A stretch of DNA of 64,000 nucleotides, taken from positions 1,920,001 to 1,984,000 of the forward strand of contig CBDCJH010000002.1 of assembly GCA_965217775.1 (NCBI GenBank). Direction: 5' to 3'. A model generated the notes under the pieces. It did no database searches, had not been told where the DNA came from, and saw nothing but the letters and a program-made list of their open reading frames with translations. Position numbers and translations under genes: made by a program. Shown here piece after piece: positions 50,712-60,880 of the stretch. The DNA comes from Acidobacteriota bacterium (GTDB lineage: Bacteria; Acidobacteriota; UBA6911; RPQK01; JAJDTT01). Positions within the stretch are counted from its first letter, which is position 1, and every line of letters begins with the position of its first letter.

Positions 50712-50775
50712 AGGAGGGGACATTCTTGTCCCCCAATCCCCATCCGGAGTTCGGCGGTGGGAAACCGCCGCTCCT
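50712..50775. repeat. REP-like palindrome doublet
   Basis: GGAGGGGACATTCTTGTCCCCC...GGAGTTCGGCGGTGGGAAACCGCCGCTCC. Confidence 0.6.
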
Positions 50776-50843
50776 GCCCCCTTTGATCCGCGGTCTGGCC
50801 TGAATATTCTCAAAGGCCTGGGCAGAAAAAGGGGGAGAGGACA

Positions 50844-52085
50844 ATGAAACGATCGTTTCTCGCGTTTCTGTTGACGAATACGCCTTGGTGGGTCGCCGGA
50901 GCGGACCGGGCGGATCAATTCGGGTCCTGGAGAGGACTCCAGATCGCTCCGGAAGAAAGATGCTCTGACTACGACCGGGGCGAATATCCCATCCCGCCGG
51001 GTCTGGAAGACGAGATCGTCGCCGAGATGGGACAGGTTCACGGGCCCTACACCGGGCGCTGCTTCGCAGACACTACGGACACCACCGTTGAGCACATCGT
51101 CGCTCTTTCGGAGGCCCACGACAGCGGTTTGTGTTCGGCGGACGCGGAGACGAAAAAAATATTTGCCGGGGATCTCCTCAACTTGACCCTGGCCAGTCAG
51201 CACCTGAACAGCGTCAAGGGGGATCGGGACGCAGCCGAGTGGTTGCCCGGCGAAAACCGGTGTTGGTTCGCCGACCGGGTGCTCCAGGTACGCCTCAAGT
51301 ACGACTTGACGATAGACCAGGCGGAAGCCGATGCCCTGGAACTCATTCTGGCCCGATGCGAGTCTACCGAGTTGAAGGTCCGCGACTGTTCGGAAGACCA
51401 GCCGGAACCCTGCCCCTCAGGTTCTTCCACTCTGATCTTCCCCCAATATGTCGACGGTGAATACGGAGGTTTCCAGAACCGGACACGCCTGATTCTGCTC
51501 AACTTGGCGGCCACGACCGACAATCCGGTGATCGTCCGGTATCTCGACGACATGGGTCAAGTCGTTGACAGTCAGACCCATACGGTTCCGGCCCGCGGGC
51601 TGATCGACCTGAGTACCAGCGGCGAGGGCCCGCTGAAGGTGGGACCTCTGACCGTCGAATCCGAGTTGGCGGAGGATTCCCTGCTACGAGGTTCCGTCGT
51701 CTACGAGCTGCTGGGACACCGGGTCTCGGTCCCGGCCGCGAAGCTGACCGACGAGGCTACGGTCTTCGTCAGCAAGTCGCCGGAAGAAAATACCGGTATC
51801 GCTCTCTTCAATCCCAACCCGGATGACCCTGTTGAACTGGAGCTCGTGCTACACAATCCGGATGGAAGCCCCGTCGCCCAGATTGATCTGACCCTGGAAC
51901 CCGGACAACATATGGCCCGCTACATGGACGAAACTCCCTTGTTCCAGGACACTCTGGGTTCCTGGTCCGAGTTCACCGGACATGCCGTCATCCGGAGCGT
52001 CGGTGATGGACCCTTTACGGTGATCAGTTTGTTGCAGGACACGACGACGGGAGCCGTCGCCGTCGTCAATCCAGGGATAAAATAA
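50844..52085 (+). CDS. Secreted HNH (DUF1524-type) nuclease fused to a C-terminal beta-rich module
   Basis: Signal-like N-terminus; EHIVALSEAHDSG, NLTLA...N..KGDRDAAEWLP; C-terminal LIFPQYVDG...TGIALFNP. Confidence 0.82.
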   Translation: MKRSFLAFLLTNTPWWVAGADRADQFGSWRGLQIAPEERCSDYDRGEYPIPPGLEDEIVAEMGQVHGPYTGRCFADTTDTTVEHIVALSEAHDSGLCSADAETKKIFAGDLLNLTLASQHLNSVKGDRDAAEWLPGENRCWFADRVLQVRLKYDLTIDQAEADALELILARCESTELKVRDCSEDQPEPCPSGSSTLIFPQYVDGEYGGFQNRTRLILLNLAATTDNPVIVRYLDDMGQVVDSQTHTVPARGLIDLSTSGEGPLKVGPLTVESELAEDSLLRGSVVYELLGHRVSVPAAKLTDEATVFVSKSPEENTGIALFNPNPDDPVELELVLHNPDGSPVAQIDLTLEPGQHMARYMDETPLFQDTLGSWSEFTGHAVIRSVGDGPFTVISLLQDTTTGAVAVVNPGIK

Positions 52086-52255
52086 CATATCTTTCTGGGA
52101 GAAGACAGGTTGGGGCATGGTAAACTGTTTGGCACGATTGGTTCCCGGACTAGTGGTTGAATTTTCGCCGGGTCGGTACGCAGTCGAGGGCTCGACTTAA
52201 GTGATTCATAACCGCCAGATCCGGAGTTGGAGGAGAGAGGAGCCGTACTAAGACG

Positions 52256-53965
52256 ATGGCAAAAACAAACCTCTTGAACACTCGTACAATTAACTACCTG
52301 GAGTTGATCGGAAATGGCAGGCAATACCATGTGCCACCCTACCAGCGGGATTATTCATGGTCCGTAGAACAATGGGAGGATCTCTATAACGATATCGTCG
52401 AATTGCGGCCGAAAGTGGATGACCGTCACTACATGGGAGCTCTTGTCGTCGAGGGGAAAAGCGACCGAAAATTTCTAATTATTGACGGACAGCAGCGTCT
52501 TGCCACATTGAGCCTGTTTGCACTTGCCGTGATCGACAGGTTACAGGCCATGGCCGAAGATCAGATTGATCCTGACGCTAATCGGGAACGTAGTCAGGAA
52601 CTCCGCAATCGCTTCATCGGCGAAAAGGATCCGGCTTCGCTAATCGAGAGCAGCCGTCTCTATCTGAACGAAACGGACAACGCCTTCTATCAGGATTATT
52701 TGGTTCAGCTCAGAAAACCGCTCAATCCACGGCGACTGCCTAAATCAAACCAGCTCCTATGGAACTGTTTCCAGTACTTCAAGAAAAAGCTCTATAGGTT
52801 GCCGGAATTCAGAGGCGATGGCCAAGCGGTGGCACGTCTATTGTCTGAGACTGTGGCTCGCCAAATCCTCTTCATTCTCATTACCGTCGACGACGAGATC
52901 AACGCCTACACCGTCTTTGAGACTCTAAACGCGCGTGGCCAGAGGTTGACGACCACGGATTTGCTCAAGAACTACCTGTTTTCTCGGGTCAGGGTCCCAA
53001 CCGATTTGGAAGCTCTTCAACGTCGTTGGAAATCACTCATCGAGACCGTGGGCCAGACACGTTTTCCGGAATTTCTGCGTTACCACCTGCTCTGTGAATA
53101 TCCAAAGGTCCGGAGCGGACGCCTCTTCAAGCTGGTGCGAACCCGAACCACAACAGCGATGGATGTTTTCGACCTGATGGATGACTTGGAGCCACGCGCC
53201 GAGCTGTATGCCGCCGTACTGGACCCAAGTCATGGCTACTGGATGGAGTTGACTGCAGCAAAAGTGTATGTCAGCGAATTCAACCTCTGTCGTGTTCGAC
53301 AGCCGATGCCGCTACTGTTCGCGGCTTGGGAGGTCTTTTCAAGCCAGGACTTCATCCGCGTGTTGAAAATTATTGTCACGATTTCCTTTCGTTACACCAT
53401 AGTGAGCGGGCTGAACACGAATGCCCTTGAACCCGTATATCATGCCGCGGCTAAAGCGATAATGGATGGGACAGCGAGTACTCCGGCTCAGATATTCCAA
53501 CGACTCAGGAAAATCTATGTAAATGATGAGAAGATGCGGCAGGACTTTGCACTGCTTGAGATCAATACGAACGGCCGGCGTAAGAAACTTGCCAAGCACA
53601 TTCTGGCCCGACTCGAGCAGGACGCCAGCGAGCGATCCTGCGATCCGGACACCGATCCGGGAACTATCGAGCACGTTCTACCGGAAAATCTCGGGGATAT
53701 TTGGATAGACACATATCCCCGGAAGCGGTGGGATGACACGGTATATCGCCTCGGCAATCTTACGCTCCTTGAGGCTTCCGTGAATCGGAGCATTGGGAAT
53801 AATGCATATACCGAGAAATGCGCTGCCTACAACACGAGCAAGTATAGTCTTACGCGGAGAATCCCCGAGATGGCTCCCCAGGAATGGACACCTGAGTTAC
53901 TCGAAAAACGCCAGACGGACCTCGCGTCGAGAGCGGTATTACTGTGGAGATCGGACTTTGCGTGA
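52256..53965 (+). CDS. gmrSD: GmrSD-family (DUF262 + DUF1524) modification-dependent restriction endonuclease
   Basis: VPPYQRDYSW, IIDGQQRL, FETLNARG, IEHVLP, LGNLTLL..N. Confidence 0.9.
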   Translation: MAKTNLLNTRTINYLELIGNGRQYHVPPYQRDYSWSVEQWEDLYNDIVELRPKVDDRHYMGALVVEGKSDRKFLIIDGQQRLATLSLFALAVIDRLQAMAEDQIDPDANRERSQELRNRFIGEKDPASLIESSRLYLNETDNAFYQDYLVQLRKPLNPRRLPKSNQLLWNCFQYFKKKLYRLPEFRGDGQAVARLLSETVARQILFILITVDDEINAYTVFETLNARGQRLTTTDLLKNYLFSRVRVPTDLEALQRRWKSLIETVGQTRFPEFLRYHLLCEYPKVRSGRLFKLVRTRTTTAMDVFDLMDDLEPRAELYAAVLDPSHGYWMELTAAKVYVSEFNLCRVRQPMPLLFAAWEVFSSQDFIRVLKIIVTISFRYTIVSGLNTNALEPVYHAAAKAIMDGTASTPAQIFQRLRKIYVNDEKMRQDFALLEINTNGRRKKLAKHILARLEQDASERSCDPDTDPGTIEHVLPENLGDIWIDTYPRKRWDDTVYRLGNLTLLEASVNRSIGNNAYTEKCAAYNTSKYSLTRRIPEMAPQEWTPELLEKRQTDLASRAVLLWRSDFA

Positions 53966-54110
53966 CAACGGTTCGTTCTCGATAGATAGAAATCTGGACC
54001 GGAGACGGAGAGGGTTTGGGTACAAGCTCCCTGCCATAACGGCGTAGTTCGAATCGCTATGAATCGACATCTCCGCACCCTGGTGCTGGAGACTCTTAGA
54101 GAAAAACTTC

Positions 54111-57100
54111 GTGACCTTTTCACGGTTAACGGTACGATTGCTCCTTTGCCTCTTGGCTGTCTTTGCCTCCGGTTCCGGGACCGGCCTGGGCCAGACCTTG
54201 GAAAAAGGCGCCATCACCGGCACCATCTTCGACCCCTCCGGCGCCGTGGTGCCGGGAGCCGACGTGACGGTGATCAACACCTCGACGGGCGCCGAAAGGG
54301 TGCTGATCAGCAACGAGGCGGGACGGTTTCGAGCCGATATTCTGCAAGCTGGCGAATACGTGATCGAAATCTCAATGCCCGGTTTCGCCAGAACCATCGT
54401 GGAAGGCGTGGTGCTCTCCATCGGCCAGGAACTGACGGAGGACGTCACCCTCCAACTCGAGGCGATCGGTCAGGAAATCACCGTCCAGAGTGGAACCGGC
54501 CGCATGGACAAGAGCGAAACCCGGGTCAATACCGCGATCAACAACGAATACGTGGAGAACCTGCCCATCAGCGGACGTGACTTCCGGGATTTCGCCAATC
54601 TGTCGCCGACGGCCGACACCACTCCGGGGCTGCGCTCTCCCGTGAGGCTCCAAGGTCAGGCCGGAGAGTACACGGGACTGATCATCGATGGAGTGGACAA
54701 CCGGAACTCGTTCTTCGGCGAATGGTTCGGCTCGTTGGAAACCAAGAACTTCACCGTGCCGCAGGACGCGATTCAAGAGTTCCAGGTTCGCGACACGGGA
54801 CTCTCGGCGGAGTTCGGGCACGCGACCGGAGGCCTGATCAACGTGGTGACCAAGTCGGGCACCAACGATTGGCACGGGTCGGCCCACTGGTTTTTCCAGT
54901 CCAACACCTTCATCGCCGACTCTTCGGTTCCGGCCGACCCTGAGACCACCATCGCGCCCGGACTGAATACCAGACACCAGTTCGGAGGCACAGTTGGGGG
55001 ACCGATCGCCCGGGACAGGGCCTTCGTCTTCCTGGCCCTGGACGCCCAACAACAGAAGGGACCCCTCACCGCCGTCTTCGCCCGTGACGTGTCGACCGCG
55101 CCCTGCCCCTGTCCGGTCCCGTCGTTTTACGGCGGCTCCACGCTGGCCGACCTGGAGCGCGGCAGCTCCCAGCGCCAGGACCTGACCGCTGTCCTCTCCA
55201 AGTTCGACTACAACCTCACCAGCAACCACGCGCTGACGACGCGCCTGAACTACACCCGCAACGAGACCGACAACTTCACCGGGTACGCCGGCAGCCAGAC
55301 CTTCGTGCTGGGCCGAGTGGAGTCCAACTTCGAGAACTTCGTCAACGAAGGTTGGGCCGCGGCTCAATCCGTCACGTCACTCCTGGGGAACGCGAGCGTC
55401 AACGAATTTCGATTCTCCTACTCGCAGGAAGTCCGGCCCCGCCGGGAACGGGCTCCCGGACCGGAGACCGCCATCACCGACACGGGCAATTTCGGCCAGA
55501 TCTTTTTTCTTCCCATCGACAGCCAGCACAAGCGCTACCAGGTCATCGACAGTTTCAGCCGCACCTTCGGAAAACATGACCTCAAGCTCGGAGGCGACCT
55601 GAACTCCAACGCGTCCAACCAGACGTTCATCGGGTTTGCCGGGGGCGTCTATACCTTCTTCAGCCTGGAGGACTTCGCGTCCCGCACACCCGCCTTCCTG
55701 CTCCAGAGGGTAGGAATCAACGGTGTCAGTGTGGTGGAGAGCGGCACCCTACGGGATTTCTGGCAACACGAACTGTCGTTTTACGTGCAGGACAACTGGC
55801 GGGCGCACCCCAATTTCAACCTGAACCTGGGATTGCGATGGGACGGAGTCTGGAACCCGAAGTCCGGATTCGGCCTGCCCGAGGCGATGCTGCCGGTCGG
55901 CAAACCTCGTATCAATGGAAACAGGGTCTCAGTCGACGTGGCTCCAGCCTCCTCCGACGTGCCCAACGACTTCAACAACTTCGCGCCCCGCGTGGGATTC
56001 GCCTGGGACGTGGGCGGCCGGCGCAGCACCATCGTCCGCGGCGGCACCGGTATTTACTACGCCGCCTCTCCCACCATTTTCGTTGCCGGAATGCTGTCCG
56101 GTCCGGGCCTTCGATCCGCCGTCGTATTCGTCCCCTTCTTCGGTTCCCCAACCGATCTGCTCGGATTCGGCCTGAGTTATCCCGGCCTGCTCCCCTCGAC
56201 CGCGACTCCCGAGGTCGAGAGCCTCATCGGTCCGCCTCCCATCGACTACGTGGATCCCAACTATCAGAGCGCCCGTGTGATCAACGGCCAGGTCGGGATC
56301 GAACAACAGATTGCCGGGGACCTGAGCATCACCGGGACCTATACCTTCAACCGGTCGGCCAACCTGCGGACCGGCGGGTTCTTCTCGACCCCTTGGGACC
56401 GGAACCTGGACCCGTCCGGCGTGACTCTGGACGAGTACGGCCGCACGGTGGGCGGATTCAATCTCCCGCGTCTGGATCCGAACGTCGGCAACGCCAACGC
56501 CATCGCCAGCTTCGGAGAGGCCGAGTATCACGCGTTGATTGTGCAATTGAAGAAGGATTTCCGGAATCGAACCCAATTCGGAGTGAACTACTCCTTCTCC
56601 AACAACCAGGACAACGCCACCAGCGACCGCTCCAGCGATGCCTACTACGGTCCTTCGGATCCCTTCAACTTCCTGGAGTTGGATTGGGGACGCAGTCAAC
56701 TGGACATCACCCACCAGTTCTCGTTTTTCGGCTATTTCGAGCTGCCGGCCAAACTCCAGCTCAGCACCCTGGTGTCCGCCCGCAGCGGCCGGCCGTTTCC
56801 GGCCTACTCGAGCCGTTGCGGAGATCCCGGTGTGGCCGACGGGTCCCCGGGATCGGTCTTCGAAAACAGCTTCCAGTGCTCCAACGATTTCAATCCCATC
56901 CGACCAGTGCAAAACGGCGCCCTGTTGGAACGCTACCCATTCACGACCGGAGCCTACTTCCGCTGGGATTTCCGGCTCAGCCGGGAGTTTTCCCTCTCCG
57001 CGAACGACACCGCCCTGATTCGCTTCACCTTCGAGGTCTTCAACCTGACCAACGCCGGCAACTACTACAGCACGCCCCTCGCAGCAAGAAACGCCATTCT

Positions 57101-57179
57101 GGGCGACGCCAACTTCATGCAGTTGGACCAGACCCCGGGTCCCATCTCGGCCCAGTTCGGATTGAAGTTGGTTTTTTAG
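54111..57179 (+). CDS. TonB-dependent receptor, Oar-like, with N-terminal carboxypeptidase-regulatory domain
   Basis: GTIFDPSGAVVPGA, LPISGRDF, VTKSGTN, NNFAPRVGFAWD, terminal QFGLKLVF. Confidence 0.92.
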   Translation: MTFSRLTVRLLLCLLAVFASGSGTGLGQTLEKGAITGTIFDPSGAVVPGADVTVINTSTGAERVLISNEAGRFRADILQAGEYVIEISMPGFARTIVEGVVLSIGQELTEDVTLQLEAIGQEITVQSGTGRMDKSETRVNTAINNEYVENLPISGRDFRDFANLSPTADTTPGLRSPVRLQGQAGEYTGLIIDGVDNRNSFFGEWFGSLETKNFTVPQDAIQEFQVRDTGLSAEFGHATGGLINVVTKSGTNDWHGSAHWFFQSNTFIADSSVPADPETTIAPGLNTRHQFGGTVGGPIARDRAFVFLALDAQQQKGPLTAVFARDVSTAPCPCPVPSFYGGSTLADLERGSSQRQDLTAVLSKFDYNLTSNHALTTRLNYTRNETDNFTGYAGSQTFVLGRVESNFENFVNEGWAAAQSVTSLLGNASVNEFRFSYSQEVRPRRERAPGPETAITDTGNFGQIFFLPIDSQHKRYQVIDSFSRTFGKHDLKLGGDLNSNASNQTFIGFAGGVYTFFSLEDFASRTPAFLLQRVGINGVSVVESGTLRDFWQHELSFYVQDNWRAHPNFNLNLGLRWDGVWNPKSGFGLPEAMLPVGKPRINGNRVSVDVAPASSDVPNDFNNFAPRVGFAWDVGGRRSTIVRGGTGIYYAASPTIFVAGMLSGPGLRSAVVFVPFFGSPTDLLGFGLSYPGLLPSTATPEVESLIGPPPIDYVDPNYQSARVINGQVGIEQQIAGDLSITGTYTFNRSANLRTGGFFSTPWDRNLDPSGVTLDEYGRTVGGFNLPRLDPNVGNANAIASFGEAEYHALIVQLKKDFRNRTQFGVNYSFSNNQDNATSDRSSDAYYGPSDPFNFLELDWGRSQLDITHQFSFFGYFELPAKLQLSTLVSARSGRPFPAYSSRCGDPGVADGSPGSVFENSFQCSNDFNPIRPVQNGALLERYPFTTGAYFRWDFRLSREFSLSANDTALIRFTFEVFNLTNAGNYYSTPLAARNAILGDANFMQLDQTPGPISAQFGLKLVF

Positions 57180-57393
57180 TCGCGGCTCCCGGCGCGGCGA
57201 CTTCGACTTTCTTGTCGCCGACCCGGGGGGTAATTCCCTTATTTTCCTCGAAGTTTTTTGCAAATCGACGGATACTTCTTCGGTTCCGCCCATGCTGTGT
57301 TAGAGATTGCGGATTCATCTCGGATAGCCCGGCATGGACACTACCCAAACCAGGTTCGCCAACCGAGTGCGTGGTTCACGGAGGATGACTGAA

Positions 57394-57627
57394 ATGGGCA
57401 AGTTGACGATCCGGCTTCCTGATGTCCATCGTGATCGGTTGAAGGCCATGGCCGCCCATCGTGGCCTGAGTCTCAACAAGCTGATGGAAGAACTTTCAGT
57501 TAGAGCGCTGACGGAACACGACACCGAAATGAGATTTCGCATGCGCGCCGCGCGTGGCGATTTGGCGCGCGGCTTGAGATTGCTCGACACGCTGGACAGT
57601 CGACATGCGAAAACGATGGGCTCTTGA
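57394..57627 (+). CDS. HicB-like / ribbon-helix-helix antitoxin-family protein
   Basis: LTIRLPD...RLKAMA..RGLSLNKLMEE; GGAGG RBS. Confidence 0.75.
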   Translation: MGKLTIRLPDVHRDRLKAMAAHRGLSLNKLMEELSVRALTEHDTEMRFRMRAARGDLARGLRLLDTLDSRHAKTMGS

Positions 57628-57793
57628 GAGAAATTGCAATACTGGCGTAGGCACTACCGCACGACGGTCCGGAATACCCTTACGAAGATTGGCGCCACGA
57701 TCGAATTCCAATACTCCTGGATCAATATTCAACTCACAGATATCCACGTTGAAATCAAAATTATAGATGTGTTAATGAACATTTCTCCGTTGC

Positions 57794-58561
57794 TCAGAAC
57801 CGAAACTCGTGATCCGAGCCCTGGACGTGGCGCACAAAGGCCTCCGCGAACTCGCAGCGGTACTCGGCGCCGCGGAACCGGTTCATGAGGTCGTGACGGC
57901 GGTACATTCCTTCCGGGTTCTGACTGGCGTGGGCATGGGTGGCCTTCTTCTTCAGGGACTCGGTCGTGGTGATGTCGACGTAGTGGGTGGGTGAAAAGGT
58001 CTGGCTCTGGATCCCTGAGTAGACCTCGTAGAAGTAGAGATCGAACTTCCGGTCCATTTTCAGCCAGGCATCGAAAGCCAGCATGCTGGCCGCCCGGTGG
58101 TCCCGGTGGCGGTCGATGGGCCAGTGGGTGAAAAGCAGGTCCAAGTCTTCCCCCTGGATGATCTTCAGGAAATCCTCGTAGCGCCGATTGCCGGTCTCGG
58201 TGTCGCCGTCGATCTGTCCGGCGAAGAGGGGCCTTGCTCCCAGGATCCGGCATGCTGCTTGAGCCTCGGCGGTGCGGATGCTGGCGGCCTCTTCCAGCGA
58301 TTTACCCCGAATTCCCCGCTCTCCGCGGGTGAGGTAGAGGGCCGTCACCCGATGTCCCGCAGCGGCGTAACGGGCGATGGTTCCGCCGCAACCGGTTTCG
58401 GGGTCGTCCGGATGGGCGCCTACCACCACGATCTTCAGGCGGCGGGTCCCCTCGGTTTTCTCCGCAGGGGTCTCGCCCTCGCCTGAGGCGAGCCCTAACA
58501 GAGTCCCGCCGGCCAATACTGCCGGAACACCCAACAGGTCACGTCTCGGGATCGATGCCAT
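57794..58561 (-). CDS. PIG-L / LmbE family deacetylase with Tat-like signal
   Basis: PRRDLL; GAHPDDPE, TRGE, HRDH, HASQ. Confidence 0.9.
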   Translation of the reverse strand: MASIPRRDLLGVPAVLAGGTLLGLASGEGETPAEKTEGTRRLKIVVVGAHPDDPETGCGGTIARYAAAGHRVTALYLTRGERGIRGKSLEEAASIRTAEAQAACRILGARPLFAGQIDGDTETGNRRYEDFLKIIQGEDLDLLFTHWPIDRHRDHRAASMLAFDAWLKMDRKFDLYFYEVYSGIQSQTFSPTHYVDITTTESLKKKATHAHASQNPEGMYRRHDLMNRFRGAEYRCEFAEAFVRHVQGSDHEFRF

Positions 58562-58609
58562 CTCATGGCTCCTTGGAGGGGCGACGTTCCAGTCGCTCAA
58601 ATCCTTCGC

Positions 58610-60880
58610 TCATATTCCCCTTCGCACCGGTTTCCCTCTTCGTCCGTCGCCTTGTCGCTTGACGCTCCTCTCCAGGAACCGGTCGGTGCTGTCGGGATCG
58701 ATCCGGCGGCAACTCCGGCGCAGTGCGAGAGCCAACATTTCGAGGTCCCGGCGGCAGGCGGCGTCCCAGTTCGGGAGTGCGGCGAACTCGCCGCACAGCA
58801 GGGCCAACCGGAGCATATGGCGAAACAGTATCCCCTCCTGTTTGACCAGACCCCGGATGTGGACGAACCGGTTGAAGTTTCCGCCCAGATCCAGGAGGTC
58901 CCCGGCGGCCCAGACCGGCCGAACCCTCAACTGGGAAACCTGGGGCAGGCGCCCATCGAAAACGAGCCTCAGCTTCGCGGCCAAGGTCGGTCCCGGACCC
59001 GCCTCCATAAGCTCCTCCCGCAACGTTGCCTCCCTGCCCCCGGCCGATCCCAGCCGAGCCAACTCGGGATCGAGCCAGGACATCTCAAGAGGACCGGGAT
59101 CCAGCCTTCGGGCGTCCGGAACCGGAACCGCTCTAGCCACGGCTCCCGAAAGTTCCAAAACGCTCTCCAGGGCCTGAATTCGCTCGCTTCGGCTGGCCCG
59201 GGGGAGCAGCGCCGAGAGGAAGTCACCGTAGAGGGGATTGATGCCGCGAAAGGCCAGCAGCCGGTCCATCCGAGGCGTGGCCTGAGCCAGCATCGGGCGG
59301 TAGTCCGTCGATCCCTCGGATTCCGGAGGCGGCTCCGGGTCCAACGTCACGTAACCTCCCAGCCGCAGGGTGAGCAGCATATCGTTCAGGGCTCTTTGAG
59401 CCGACTGCACCGCTCGGGCGCCGAGCAGACGCTTGGCGACAATCGCCCGAATTTCGTCGACCCGGGGCGAACGCACCAAGAGGTAGGCCAGATACCGCCA
59501 GGGAAGCGGACCCCGGCTGGCCAACGGTGCCGGCCGGGCGGCCACCAGACGGCGAAACTGAGCCTGGTCCCAGGAGGGCCGGTTCTGACGTCGGGACCTC
59601 ATCTTCCGGGCCAGGGATTTCCGGGCCTGACGGAACGCGGACTTGCGGGTCCGGGCGGGAATCGACTTCAACCTCCGCTTGCGCCGCAGTATCTTCACCT
59701 CATCTTCAGGCGCCAGGGCCAGGACAAATCCCCGCCGGTCCCACTGGGGCCGACCGGCCCGGCCGAAGATCTGGTGGGCGGTGGTGGCGTCCAGCGTCCG
59801 TTTCTGCCGGGGCGGACCCTTGACCAGGCTCTTCAGCACCACGGACCTCGCCGGCAGATTGATCCCGGCCGACAGGGTCTCGGTGCAGATGACCACGGGC
59901 AGAAGCCGGCGCTGGAACAACTCTTCCACCACGCGCCGGTACTTGGGGAGGATCCCGGCATGATGAATTCCCACGCCGCGCAGCAGGAGCTGCCTCAGGA
60001 CGGGTCCGGCTCCGTCTGACAGGTCCAAGTCCCGTACCCGGGCGGACAGCGTCCGCTTCCGGCTCCCGTCTACCAGGGGCCGCCCCTTCAGCCGTTCCGC
60101 CACCGACCAACACTCCCGGCGGTTGAAACAGAACACCAGACAGGGGCTCTTTCGCCCCTTCTTCCCTCCCCGGACCAGTTCCACCAGCAGCTCTTCCAGC
60201 AGCAGGTCGCCGACCCACTGGTACGTCAACGGGACCCGCCGTTCCCTTCCCTGGAGCAGCTGCATTTGCCGGCCGTGGCTGTTCCGAAGCCAGCGCGTGA
60301 AGGACTCGGGACGGCCCACGGTGGCCGAGAGCAGGAGCAGCCTCACGTGTTTGGGGAGCAGCGAGAGGGACAGCTCCCAGACGATGCCGCGTTCCGGATC
60401 CCTAAAGGTGTGGAATTCATCCTTGACCACCACGGCGACGCGATCGAAATCGAAGTTGTGGGGCCGTAGCAGGCGATTGAGGAGGATCTCGGCCACTACC
60501 ACCCGTACAGGCGCGTCCGGGTTGACCTGGCGGTTCCCGGTCACCAGCCCCACGGTGTCGCTGGGGAACCCCCAGCGTACGGCGGCGGCCTGCATCTCCC
60601 TGAATTTCTGCTCGGTCAGCGCGATGAGCGGAGTGGTGTAGTAGGCCGTCCGGCCGCCGTTGAGAGCCTCGAAGAGAGCCCCTTCGGCGATCAAGGTCTT
60701 GCCGGTGCCGGTGGGCGCGGTCACCAGCAGATCCTTTTCCGAGGCGTACCAACCCTCCAGAACGTCCCTCTGAAAGGGATAGGGTTCGAATGGAAGGGAT
60801 TGCAGGTAACGATCCAGCAACTCTCGCCGCCGGGCCGAGGCGGTCTCGATCACCTGCTGGGAATCAGCCGTGGACCTCAC
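58610..60880 (-). CDS. Ski2-like DEAD/DEAH-box helicase
   Basis: APTGTGKT, DEFH, LSAT, HHAGILP, TETLSAGIN, QIFGRAGR. Confidence 0.92.
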   Translation of the reverse strand: MRSTADSQQVIETASARRRELLDRYLQSLPFEPYPFQRDVLEGWYASEKDLLVTAPTGTGKTLIAEGALFEALNGGRTAYYTTPLIALTEQKFREMQAAAVRWGFPSDTVGLVTGNRQVNPDAPVRVVVAEILLNRLLRPHNFDFDRVAVVVKDEFHTFRDPERGIVWELSLSLLPKHVRLLLLSATVGRPESFTRWLRNSHGRQMQLLQGRERRVPLTYQWVGDLLLEELLVELVRGGKKGRKSPCLVFCFNRRECWSVAERLKGRPLVDGSRKRTLSARVRDLDLSDGAGPVLRQLLLRGVGIHHAGILPKYRRVVEELFQRRLLPVVICTETLSAGINLPARSVVLKSLVKGPPRQKRTLDATTAHQIFGRAGRPQWDRRGFVLALAPEDEVKILRRKRRLKSIPARTRKSAFRQARKSLARKMRSRRQNRPSWDQAQFRRLVAARPAPLASRGPLPWRYLAYLLVRSPRVDEIRAIVAKRLLGARAVQSAQRALNDMLLTLRLGGYVTLDPEPPPESEGSTDYRPMLAQATPRMDRLLAFRGINPLYGDFLSALLPRASRSERIQALESVLELSGAVARAVPVPDARRLDPGPLEMSWLDPELARLGSAGGREATLREELMEAGPGPTLAAKLRLVFDGRLPQVSQLRVRPVWAAGDLLDLGGNFNRFVHIRGLVKQEGILFRHMLRLALLCGEFAALPNWDAACRRDLEMLALALRRSCRRIDPDSTDRFLERSVKRQGDGRRGKPVRRGI

